From an uncultured Actinomycetes bacterium (GTDB taxonomy: Bacteria > Actinomycetota > UBA4738 > HRBIN12): 64,000 nucleotides of DNA. A program made the position numbers and the translations under genes. The notes under the pieces were generated by a model that was not told the origin of the DNA, did not search any database, and was given only the letters and a program-made list of their open reading frames with translations. The stretch is taken from the NCBI GenBank assembly GCA_963722795.1, contig CAVROD010000004.1:267768-331767 (forward strand). The letters run 5' to 3'. Positions 47,379-57,314 of this stretch are shown in pieces. Every line of letters begins with the position of its first letter. Within the stretch, counting starts at the first letter, position 1.

Positions 47379-47870
47379 CTAAGGGGCTGGACTGTCGGAA
47401 GTCGGGCCGCTGGTTGCGTCCTGGATCGCGGAAACGAATATCGCCGCCGGTTCCGCCAGGAACACGAGCATGATCACGTGCAGGTATCCGACGCTGCCGA
47501 CGGCAACGTTGCCGAGAACGAATGCGCACTGGAACGCCCAGAGCGCCATGGTGGAGCGCCGCCAACGCTCGTCTGGCCACGCGGCACTCGGTCGCGAGGC
47601 TTGCCAGCTTCGGACCGCCATGAGTAACGCCCCGAGCCCGCTCGCGATACGTGCCGTCTGCTCGGAGTCCTCGATGAGCGAGTAGATCGCTATGACGCCG
47701 AAGCCGAGGAGGGTGACATGGAGGCCCCAGGACACGACGCGACCGATGCGCCACCTCGCCAGCGCAGAGTCGCGTTGCTGCTCCGGCGTCAAGGCAGCGA
47801 TCAAACCAGCGAAGCCGGCGAGCGAGACGCCGAGCCCCCCGATAGCCATGAAAAAGAACTCCCCCGGCAT
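47379..47870 (-). CDS. hypothetical membrane protein (about 4 TM segments) in a lower-GC patch
   Basis: 163 aa: FFFMAIGGLGVSLAGFAGLIAAL, VVSWGLHVTLLGFGVIAIYSLI, ALWAFQCAFVLGNVAVGSVGYLHVIMLVFL. No recognisable family. Confidence 0.4.
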   Translation of the reverse strand: MPGEFFFMAIGGLGVSLAGFAGLIAALTPEQQRDSALARWRIGRVVSWGLHVTLLGFGVIAIYSLIEDSEQTARIASGLGALLMAVRSWQASRPSAAWPDERWRRSTMALWAFQCAFVLGNVAVGSVGYLHVIMLVFLAEPAAIFVSAIQDATSGPTSDSPAP

Positions 47871-48463
47871 CGCGCCGTACTATAGGGGTCGTGGGGAGTC
47901 GGCTGCATCTCAGCGCCGAGGCGCGCGCTGTTCGTAAGGTCGTCCGTGATATGCAGCTCGCCAGCCTCGAGCTTCCGGCATCGGCGAAGCGTGAGGTGCA
48001 GCCGTACGGCCATCTCGATCTCCCACAGGCCACCTCTGCTCCCGGTCACGCGGCAGGAGCTGGACCAGGATGAGATGCATGGGGAGGCTGGTCCGGGCTC
48101 GGACGGCGCCTTGGCGTTCTGCGGCTGCTTCCCCCGCCTTGCGTCGCCACCTCGAGCCCGCCGTGCAACGCCCCTCAGACTCAGGACCTCTTGTGACCTC
48201 GTAGCCATCCGCGACTCGCGCTCGGGTGAGCGAGGGTTCCCGTCGCGCCAGTCGCGTCCATGGAAGAGTCGATCGTGCTCGGCGACTTGTCCTCGGCTCC
48301 TCGTGTGACAATCGCCACGGAGGCGTCAGAGTGCTGAGGTCGGATACACTCGCCGCCGTGACACGTGCCGCTCTGGTCGTTCCCACCGACTCCCTGGGGT
48401 GCCGTCTTAGGTGCTGTGGGACGAGGCTGCAACGTCCTTGAATAGGAAACGCGCAGGTCACAC

Positions 48464-48536
48464 GCCGGAGTAGCTCAGTCGGCAGAGCGCCTCCATGGTA
48501 AGGAGGAGGTCAGGGGTTCGATTCCCCTCTCCGGCT
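48464..48536 (+). tRNA. tRNA-Thr (anticodon GGT)
   Basis: Hand-folded cloverleaf: acceptor GCCGGAG/CTCCGGC, D stem GCTC/GAGC, anticodon stem CCTCC/GGAGG with loop AT-GGT-AA, T arm AGGGG-TTCGATT-CCCCT. Confidence 0.9.
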
Positions 48537-49722
48537 CTCGGACACGGTCGGCCTGCTCGCGAGCGACGACCGATGCCGCCAGCCAGGTCGTGATCGGCAT
48601 CGCGGCGACGAGGCCGATCGAGCCGACGAGCGTCCTGACGATCTCGGTCGCGACGATCTCGGTCCCGATGACCTGACCGAGCGGCTGCTGCGAGAGCTGG
48701 AACAGGATCAACAGCGGTAGCGACGCACCGGCGTAGGCCAACGCCAGGGTGTTCACGATGGAACCGACGTGATCGCGCCCCACGCGCATGCCCGCGCGGA
48801 ACAGCCCGACGGAGCCGAGTTCCGGGTCGGCCGAGCGGAGCTCCCAGACGGTGGATGCTTGCGTGACCGCGACGTCGTCGATCGCGCCGAGCGCACCGAT
48901 CATGATCCCGGCGAGCAGCAGACCCCCGAGGTCGATCTCGGCCCCCACCGCCTGGATGACGAACGCCGACTCCGACGCGAGGCCCGACAGCTTGGCGAAC
49001 GGTGTCCAGAGCAAGGACAGCGCCAGGGTGACGGCGACACCGGTCAGGGTGCCGAGCAAGGCGACCGTCGTCAGCCCGGTGAAGCCATGGGCGAGGTACA
49101 ACACGATGAAGCTGATGGCGCCCGCCCCGACCGAGGCGACGAGGACCGGCGAGGCTCCTTCGAGGATGCCCGGGATCACGAAGGTGAGCAGGATCGCGAC
49201 CGAGACCCCGAGACCGACCAGCGCTGCGAGCCCGCGAAGCCTTCCCACGAGGACCACGAGGATGCCGAAGATGAGGGCCAGCCAGATCAGCGAGGGCGTG
49301 CGGACCTGATCGTAGAAGGCGTACGGCGCACCGGGGACCTCGACCGGTGGTCGTTCGAGCAGCACGGTCTCACCCGCCGACAGGTCAGGCGCGGTCGATC
49401 GTTCCGGCAGCTCGATCGTCACGCCCGTGCCCTCGTCCGGACCCGTGACGACGACCAGCTCGATGGCCCGGCACTGCGGCGCATCCGCGGGCGGGGGAGC
49501 GACGTCGCCATCGACCGCCGTCGTCGAGCCACAGGGGACCACCTCGATCGTCGTCACGTCCGCCTCGACGATCGCGCCTCGACGCAGCAGCTCCGCCCCC
49601 TCCGGGGGCTGCACGTCGCTCGGCCAGAGCACCACCATGCCGACGACGATGGCGATCGCGAGGGCGGCCGTGACACCGGTCAGGAGCGGGTGGGCCGATG
49701 GCCGTCGATGCGCCTGCGCCAT
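48475..49722 (-). CDS. YibE/F family membrane protein
   Basis: Starts MAQAHRRPSAHPLLTGVTAALAIAIVVGMVV. GAIDDVAVTQASTVWEL...GRDHVGSIVNTLALAYAGASLPLLILF. The last ~20 codons are antisense to tRNA-Thr. The upstream part of the 646-aa ORF is discarded. Confidence 0.75.
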   Translation of the reverse strand: MAQAHRRPSAHPLLTGVTAALAIAIVVGMVVLWPSDVQPPEGAELLRRGAIVEADVTTIEVVPCGSTTAVDGDVAPPPADAPQCRAIELVVVTGPDEGTGVTIELPERSTAPDLSAGETVLLERPPVEVPGAPYAFYDQVRTPSLIWLALIFGILVVLVGRLRGLAALVGLGVSVAILLTFVIPGILEGASPVLVASVGAGAISFIVLYLAHGFTGLTTVALLGTLTGVAVTLALSLLWTPFAKLSGLASESAFVIQAVGAEIDLGGLLLAGIMIGALGAIDDVAVTQASTVWELRSADPELGSVGLFRAGMRVGRDHVGSIVNTLALAYAGASLPLLILFQLSQQPLGQVIGTEIVATEIVRTLVGSIGLVAAMPITTWLAASVVAREQADRVREPERGIEPLTSSLPWRRSAD

Positions 49723-49809
49723 GGCGCCAAACGTACCGGTACCTCGCCCAGCGGTCGGTAGCCGGCGGCATCTCGGTACCGTGAACCCCCAACGAGACGG
49801 GAGGACGGT

Positions 49810-51205
49810 ATGGCGGGCGACACCTTCGACGTCATCGTGATCGGGGCCGGACCGCCCGGTGAGAACGCCGCGGGTCGATGCGCCGACGCGGGACTCAGCG
49901 TCGCGATCGTCGAGTCGCGACTCGTCGGCGGGGAGTGCTCGTTCTGGGGCTGCATCCCGAGCAAGACGCTGCTGCGACCGGGCGACGTGATCGCGGCCGC
50001 GCGGCGCGTGCCGGGGGCCGCCGAGGCCATCACCGGGTCGCTCGATGCGGCCGCTGCCTTCGCCCAGCGCGACTACATGACCAGCTCGTGGAGCGACGAG
50101 ACGCAGACCCCGTGGCTCGACTCCAAGGGCATCGAGCTCGTGCGAGGCGTCGGGCGGCTCGCAGGCGAGCGCGCCGTCGAGGTCGAGACCGGCTCGGGCG
50201 TGCGCGCGCTCGCCGCGTCGCGCGCGGTCGTGCTGGCGACCGGCACGACGCCGTCCATGCCGCCGATCGAGGGCCTGGCCGATGCCGGGGCCTGGGACAA
50301 CCGAGACGCGACATCGACCAAGCGAGGTGCCGCCTCGCTTCCTCGTGCTGGGCGGAGGGCCGATCGGGGTGGAGCTGGCGCAGGCGTTCCGGCGACTCGG
50401 GTCCGAGCAGGTCACGGTGATCGAGGGCGGCGAGCCGACTGCTCGCCCGCGAGGAGCCGTTCGCCGGCGACGAGGTGGGGGCGGCGTTCGAGGGCGAGGG
50501 CATCACGGTGCGCACCGGCGTCACCGCGACGGCCGCCTCGCGCGACGCCGACGGGGTGCGGCTCGTCGCTGAGCGACGGCGACACCCTCGTGGGCGACGA
50601 GCTGCTCGTGGCGGTCGGGCGGCGCGCCAACACCGCCGACGTGGGGCTCGAGACGGTCGGGCTCGAGCCCGGCGCGCGGCTCGCGGTCGACGAGCGGCTG
50701 CGGGTCGGGCGGCGTGGCGGGGGAGTGGCTCTACGCGGTGGGCGATGTGGCGGGCCTGCGCCCAGCTCACGCACATGGGCAAGTACCAGGGGCGGCTCGT
50801 GGGCGACGTGATCGCCGGGCGCGACGTGACCGACGAGTCCGACGCGGCGGCGGTGCCGCGGGTCACCTTCACCGATCCGCAGGTGGCGGCGGTCGGTCCG
50901 ACCGAAGCCGAGGCGCGCGGCGCCGGCATCGACGTACGGGTGCTGCGGGTGGGCACCGGCGAGCGTGGCAGGCGCCTACGTGCGCGGCAACGACATCGCA
51001 GGGCACCAGCCAGCTGGTCGTCGACGACGGCCGGCGTGTGGTCGTGGGCGCCACGTTCACCGGCCCCGACGTGCAGGAGATGCTGCACGCGGCCACGATC
51101 GCGATCGTGGGCGAGGTGCCGCTCGAGCGCCTGTGGCATGCGGTGCCGGCCTTCCCCACGATGAGCGAGGTGTGGCTGCGCCTGTTGGAGCAGTACGGGT
51201 TGTGA
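49810..51205 (+). pseudogene. FAD-dependent pyridine nucleotide-disulfide oxidoreductase (Lpd/mycothione-reductase-like), about 5 frame breaks
   Basis: [16 protein letters not shown], redox-active [36 protein letters not shown], dimerisation tail HAATIAIVGEVPLERLWHAVPAFPTMSE. The segments are spread over three frames. Confidence 0.75.
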
Positions 51206-51247
51206 GGCTCGAGGCCCTGACCGCGTGCCCGCGGTAGCCTGCATCCC

Positions 51248-51691
51248 GTGTCCGTCACCCGTCTCGCGATCGCGATGTCCTTCGCGGCCGGCCTCGCCGG
51301 TGCGGCACAGGCGTCGGTGAGCGGCACCCTCGGCAAGCGCGTCGGCAGCGTGCAAGCGGCGGCGTTCGGCGCGATCGTGGCCGCCGTGCTGCTCGTGGGC
51401 CTTGCCGTCGTCTCCGGACGGGGCGCCGGCATCGCCGACGTCATTCGCCAGCCCGCGTGGCTGCTCCTGTCGGGCGTCTTCGGCGCCGGCATCGTGCTGA
51501 CGCTCGCCTACGCCCCCTCGCGCATCGGCACCTTCGCCGCGGTGGCGCTCATGATCGCGGGGCAGCTGCTGGCGGGTGCCGCGATCGACGCGTTCGGATG
51601 GCTCGGCAGCGAGCGCATACCCGTGACCGCGTCGCGGGTTCTCGGACTACTCCTACTCACGGCGGGGGCCGTGCTCATCGTTCGGCGCTGA
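51248..51691 (+). CDS. DMT-superfamily small membrane protein (DUF606/YdcZ-like)
   Basis: 147 aa from a GTG start with five hydrophobic segments. The family call is from recollection of the pattern only. Confidence 0.55.
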   Translation: MSVTRLAIAMSFAAGLAGAAQASVSGTLGKRVGSVQAAAFGAIVAAVLLVGLAVVSGRGAGIADVIRQPAWLLLSGVFGAGIVLTLAYAPSRIGTFAAVALMIAGQLLAGAAIDAFGWLGSERIPVTASRVLGLLLLTAGAVLIVRR

Positions 51692-52445
51692 CCGAGGGCA
51701 TTGGGGCGATCGCAGGGCGTGTCAGCTCGCTCCCGAGGTCGGCCGTTGCTTGCGACGGTGCCACCTGCAGCTCTCGGTCGAGCATGTCTTCGAGCTGATG
51801 GAACACCTGCAAGGCCCTCGCCCGATTGCCCTCGGCGATGTGTGCCCGCATCAACGCCCGATGCGACGATTCACGCAGCGGCTCGCCCTGCACCGCCAAC
51901 AAGCCGCACTGCACCGCATCGGCGTGCTCGCCGAGGGCGCTCAACCGGTCGCACAGGCGCTCGAGAGCATGGATGCGCAGGTCTCGGAACCGCTCGCGGT
52001 CGAACTCCAGCCACTCGTCGTCCCAGTCTGGCAACAGGTCGCGGGAGAGAGGCGACGAGGCGCTCCGAGCCAGATGGAGCGGAGGCGCTCCGTACAGGCA
52101 GCGGTGCGCCATCGCGTCGGCCTCACGCAGGTCGATCGTGACTTCCGGATCCAGTCGGAGATTCGGTCCGGACGAACGGACGATGTCTGTGGAGAGGCCG
52201 CGGAGCCTCCAGAGGGCGGTGCGCAGGTTCGCCGAGGCGTGCCCGTGCTCCACTTCCGGCCACAGGATGCCGGCCGCGTGCGACCGCTCGATCTCGCCCC
52301 GCAGGGCCAGCAGCGCCATCAGGCGCTGGGCCGGGAGTGGGAGGGCAGGTCGGGCGTTCCCCAGCATCATGTCGAAGCACCCGAGCAGGTTGAGAGCGAC
52401 CGGCTCCCTGCGTTCGGACACCCGGTCCGAAGGGTCCATCCGCAT
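51675..52445 (-). CDS. SARP/AfsR-family transcriptional regulator (OmpR-type wHTH plus BTAD domain)
   Basis: Starts MRMDPSDRV. LNLLGCFDMMLG...QRLMALLALRG...ANLRTALWRLR. BTAD region DDEWLEFDRERFRDLRIHALERL...ESSHRALMRAHIAEGNRARALQVFHQLEDMLDRELQVAPS. Confidence 0.75.
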   Translation of the reverse strand: MRMDPSDRVSERREPVALNLLGCFDMMLGNARPALPLPAQRLMALLALRGEIERSHAAGILWPEVEHGHASANLRTALWRLRGLSTDIVRSSGPNLRLDPEVTIDLREADAMAHRCLYGAPPLHLARSASSPLSRDLLPDWDDEWLEFDRERFRDLRIHALERLCDRLSALGEHADAVQCGLLAVQGEPLRESSHRALMRAHIAEGNRARALQVFHQLEDMLDRELQVAPSQATADLGSELTRPAIAPMPSVSAER

Positions 52446-52731
52446 CGCGGATCTCCACGCTGCCAGGGGGGGAAGTCTCCCCGAATCGGCGGCTCCCGCC
52501 GGTCGACGTGCCTCCCAGCCGAACGCCCATCGAGGTCCTGCTCGTCTGATGCGTTCTACCCCGGCACAACCCGATGGCGCAAGTCGGACATCCTGCGCAG
52601 TGCATTGACGCTCCCCTGACGCAACGTCGACGCCGCGCAGACGGGGGTGTGACGCCGCGTGGTGACGATGTTGCCGGCGGCCGGGGACGCTGCCCCGCTT
52701 TCGGGCGGAGATGCTTCGGAGGGAGGGATCG

Positions 52732-54000
52732 ATGCAGATCTCAACGAGGAGACACCGGCTTCGCACGCGGAGCGCCGCGACGGTCGGTGCGCTGTTGATC
52801 TACATGGTGGTCGCCGCGGTGCCAGCCACCGCGGCCGTGACGTGTGTCGTGACCGGGACGAGCCCGAACGAGACGATGACCGTCACGATGGATGCTGACG
52901 CCGACGCGGTGACGCTCGCGGTCGACGGGGCGAACATCGAGTGGAACGGCAATCCGTGCACGCCGGTCGCGACGACGGCGGGGGTGTCCACGATCGTCGT
53001 GAACGCTGACACGCTCGCACAGGTGGAAGCGCAGACCGTCACGATCGACGGATCCGGCGGATCGTTCACCGCGTCGATCGCGATCAACACCGGCGACGGC
53101 GGGGACACCGTCAACGTCAACGACACGGTGGCGGCGGACGCGGTGTCGGCCGACCTGGGAGCCGGCAACGATGACTTCAACACGAGCGCTGCCAACGGGG
53201 CCGTGACGGTGACCGCTGGGACCGGGATCGACACGGTCGACGGGGGCACGGGGAACGACACGATCCACGGTGGGCCCGGCGCGAACATCTTGAGCGGCGG
53301 CGGCGGCAACGACACCGTCGATGCCGGCGACGACGGCAACACCCTCGCCGGCGGCGCCGGCCTCGACTCGCTCACGACCGGCGCCGGGGCCGACACGATC
53401 GACGGTGGCGATGATGCCGACACGATCAGTGCGGGCGCCGGAGCCGACATGGTCAGTGCCGGCGATGGCGATGACACCGCGAGCGGTGGGGCTGGAGCCG
53501 ATGAGCTCGACGGCGGCACCGACAGGGATGCGCTCTCGGGTGACGGCGACGACGACGACCTCTTCGGTGGCGAGGGCCGCGACTGGCTCCAGCCAGGGGA
53601 AGGCGACGACTTCGTCGACGGCCAAGCCCACAAGGACACCGTCTCGTTCGCCGATGCGACCGCTTCGGTCGACGTCGACCTGAGCGATGGGACCTCGTCG
53701 ACGGGCAACGACGATGACACCCTCGAGAACGTCGAGAACGTGGACGGCTCGCCGTTCGTCGATACGGTCCGCGGCACCGGCACGAACAACGACATCAGTA
53801 CCGGCGGGGGCGGGGACGCCGTTCGTGCCGCCGGCGGTGACGACGACGTGCACGGTGGCGGTGGTAAGGACAGCCTGCGCGGCGGTGAAGGTGACGACGA
53901 CTTGTTCGGCCAGGGTGGCGCTGACGCCTTGTTCGGCGGTCCAGGCACGGACCTGTGCAAGGGCGGGAAGGGAGTCGACACCATCAGCGGCTGCGAGTGA
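52732..54000 (+). CDS. secreted calcium-binding repeat protein (RTX/hemolysin-type GGxGxD repeats)
   Basis: GGAGGGAGG RBS then ATG at 52732. Signal AATVGALLIYMVVAAVPATAA. More than 15 nonapeptide-like repeats (GGTGNDTIHGGPGANILSGGGGNDTVDAG...). Confidence 0.75.
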   Translation: MQISTRRHRLRTRSAATVGALLIYMVVAAVPATAAVTCVVTGTSPNETMTVTMDADADAVTLAVDGANIEWNGNPCTPVATTAGVSTIVVNADTLAQVEAQTVTIDGSGGSFTASIAINTGDGGDTVNVNDTVAADAVSADLGAGNDDFNTSAANGAVTVTAGTGIDTVDGGTGNDTIHGGPGANILSGGGGNDTVDAGDDGNTLAGGAGLDSLTTGAGADTIDGGDDADTISAGAGADMVSAGDGDDTASGGAGADELDGGTDRDALSGDGDDDDLFGGEGRDWLQPGEGDDFVDGQAHKDTVSFADATASVDVDLSDGTSSTGNDDDTLENVENVDGSPFVDTVRGTGTNNDISTGGGGDAVRAAGGDDDVHGGGGKDSLRGGEGDDDLFGQGGADALFGGPGTDLCKGGKGVDTISGCE

Positions 54001-54024
54001 TCCCCCCAGATCCCTCGCGATCGA

Positions 54025-54052
54025 GAAGGGCCGGCCCTCGGGCCGGCCCTTC
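54025..54052 (+). terminator. intrinsic terminator candidate after the RTX-like gene
   Basis: gaagggccggcc-ctcg-ggccggcccttc: 12-bp perfect stem followed by ttccatct. Confidence 0.6.
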
Positions 54053-54125
54053 TTCCATCTGGTCGCTCTCGGGTCGGTTCCTGCCGCGGGGCCGCGTCGC
54101 GGGTAGAATCCTGCACCGGACGCAC

Positions 54126-54200
54126 GGCGGCGTAGCTCAGAGGTAGAGCAAGCGGCTCATAATCGCTGTGTCGGTGGTTCGAGTCCACCCGCCGCTACCA
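54126..54200 (+). tRNA. tRNA-Met (anticodon CAT), CCA encoded
   Basis: Acceptor GGCGGCG/CGCCGCT (G1-U72 wobble), D stem GCTC/GAGC, anticodon loop CT-CAT-AA, T arm GGTGG-TTCGAGT-CCACC, 3' ACCA. Confidence 0.9.
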
Positions 54201-54245
54201 TCCCCAGACCGTCGGACGCGCGAGAGAGGAACCGAAGGGAGTCAG

Positions 54246-55431
<1,186 letters not shown>

Positions 55432-55485
55432 TCGAGCGCGAAAGGAACGGGCCTCAGGTAGCGCAGCGATAGGCCCAACGAAGAG

Positions 55486-55650
55486 ATGGCCAAGGCCGAC
55501 AACCGCCCGAAGATCACGCTCGCGTGCACCGAGTGCAAGCGACGCAACTACAACACGGTCAAGAACAAGGTGAACGATCGCGACCGCATCGAGCTGAAGA
55601 AGTACTGCCGCTGGTGCCGCTCGCACACCTTGCACCGCGAGACGCGCTGA
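55486..55650 (+). CDS. rpmG: 50S ribosomal protein L33
   Basis: Manual translation (54 aa, below the ORF-track cutoff): [54 protein letters not shown]. Confidence 0.9.
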   Translation: MAKADNRPKITLACTECKRRNYNTVKNKVNDRDRIELKKYCRWCRSHTLHRETR

Positions 55651-55662
55651 CGCGTCGCCGGT

Positions 55663-56388
55663 TCAGGCCGGTTCGTCGGCCTCGCTCGCCTCGAGGTCTT
55701 CGGGTGTGACGTCGATCGTCTGCACCTTGCCGTAGCGGATCGCCGCCACGATCGCGTCGAGCTTCGAATGCACGCCCAGCTTCGTGAGCACGTTCTGCGT
55801 GTGCGTGCGCAGCGTGTGCTTGCTCATGGTGAGGTCGGTCGCGATCTTCTCGGGCGTGTCGCCGTTGGCCATGCGCTGCAGGATCTCCAGCTCGCGAGGC
55901 GTGAGGCGCTCGATGCGCTGGGCGAGGTTGCCGTCGTGCGCCCGGCGACGCCGCAGGCGCTTGAGCGACTCTTCGACCTCGGCGCTCGTGTGCAACGGCT
56001 CGCCTCGGTACGCGCGGCGGATCGCGTCGGCGAGGCCCTCGATCGCCTCCTCTTCGTCAGGTACCCCCGCGCCCCGGCCTGGATCGCCCGGGCGAGCGCG
56101 ATGTCGTCGGTCTCGGCCCGACAGGATGATGACCGACGTGCCGGCGGTCTCGTCGTGGATGCGCCTGGTGGCCTCGATGCCGTCGACACCCGGCATCTGC
56201 AGGTCCATGAGCACGATGTCGGGGTGCTCCTTCGAGGCGCTGTCGATCGCCGACTGACCGTCGGTGACGACCTCGATCACCCGCAGGTCGTCTTCCTGGT
56301 CGAGGGCCACCTCGAGGGCTTCGCCGAACGAGCGATGATCGTCGGCGATCACGACGGTGATCGGCTCATGGGTCTTCCGCGTTGGCAT
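55663..56388 (-). pseudogene. NarL/LuxR-family response regulator with two compensating 1-nt indels
   Basis: Receiver ITVVIADDHRSFGEAL...DIVLMDLQMPGVDG. LuxR HTH LTPRELEILQRMANGDTPEKIATDLTMSKHTLRTHTQNVLTKLG. The middle segment AETDDIALARAIQAGARGYLTK is only in the 55824..56189 frame. Confidence 0.8.
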
Positions 56389-56489
56389 CGCGGAGCATCG
56401 TAGGTCGGCGCTCACGTCGTTTCACGCACCTACGGCAAGTTGCTGAGGCCCGCGTGGAACGGTTGCCGAGCACGGAGTGCGGGGCTACG

Positions 56490-56886
56490 GTGCCCGCCGT
56501 GAACCCCGAGGCGGAAGGCACCACCTACCCCGCGGTCGAGTTCGTGGTCGAGCCGGAGCGTGTGGCGGCGTTCCGAGACGTGTTCGGCCAACGCCGAGGG
56601 GGTGCCGCCCACGTTCCTCACAGCGGCGGAGTTCGCCGTCTTCCCGCAGGTGCTGGGCGACCCCGCCCTGGACCTCGACTTCGCCAGGGTGCTGCACGGC
56701 GGGCAGTCCTACGAGCTCGAGCGACCGCTGCGTGCGGGCGAGACCCTCACGGTGCACGCGAGCATCGAGTCGGTGCGGGTGCGCGGGGGCGCGGGCTTCC
56801 TCGTGATCGCGATGCGGCTCGACGACGAGACCGGCGCGCCGGTCGCGCGCACGCGCTCCACGATGATCGAGCAGGCCACGGCGTGA
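56490..56886 (+). pseudogene. MaoC-like/hotdog dehydratase subunit (HadA-like), one frame break near 56590
   Basis: YPAVEFVVEPERVAAFRDVFGQ, then after a shift GVPPTFLTAAEFAVFPQVLGDPALDLDFARVLHGGQSYELERPLRAGETLTVHASI. Position between rpmG and secE matches mycobacterial hadABC. Confidence 0.55.
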
Positions 56887-57305
56887 CCCGTGCCTTCGAC
56901 TCGGTCTCGGTGGGCGACGAGCTGCCCGAGCTGCGTCGGGTGGTCACGCGCGACGATGTCAATGCCTACGCCGATGCGAGCGGCGATCAGAACCCGTTGC
57001 ACCAGCGCGACGAGGTCGCCCGCGCGGCCGGGTTCGACGGCATCATCGCCCACGGCATGTTCACCATGGGGCACATGGCCGCCTGCGTCGTCTCGTGGGC
57101 GGGCGAGCCCGACGCGGTCACCACCATCGCGGCCCAGTTCCGCGCGCCGGTGTCGATGGGCCAGGAGCTGGTCGCGGGAGGGCGGGTGCGCTCGCTCGAC
57201 GAGGAAGCTCGCACGGTCGCGCTCGACCTGTGGGTCACGAGCGAGCGTGACGGCGCGACCGAGTGGCCGATCAAGCGCGGCGACGCGACCGTGCGACTGG
57301 ACTGA
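56883..57305 (+). CDS. MaoC family dehydratase (HadB-like)
   Basis: GTGA overlap with the upstream gene. DDVNAYADASGDQNPLHQRDEVARAAGFDGIIAHGMFTMG is the canonical hydratase motif. Confidence 0.8.
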   Translation: MTRAFDSVSVGDELPELRRVVTRDDVNAYADASGDQNPLHQRDEVARAAGFDGIIAHGMFTMGHMAACVVSWAGEPDAVTTIAAQFRAPVSMGQELVAGGRVRSLDEEARTVALDLWVTSERDGATEWPIKRGDATVRLD

Positions 57306-57314
57306 CCGTGCGCC

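Noticed and set aside
46950-48463. Mobile element, prophage or integrase next to tRNA-Thr
   Set aside because: No integrase, transposase or recombinase-like ORF and no terminal inverted repeats were recognised. Only a compositional dip remains, and that is reported as a low-interest finding.
48475-50415. 646-aa ORF as the full YibE/F protein
   Set aside because: The N-terminal ~230 codons are Arg/Gly/Asp-rich shadow sequence antisense to the oxidoreductase gene. The gene was trimmed to MAQAHRRPS (49722), which is followed by a TM segment.
52900-53950. Gly/Asp-rich repeats, TSP3 repeats (37.8-38.0, 41.4-41.6, 43.5-43.7 kb) and the EP tract in nusG as CRISPR-like or non-coding tandem repeats
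   Set aside because: All are in-frame coding low-complexity or Ca-binding repeats without a unique-spacer structure. No CRISPR array or cas genes are visible in the window.
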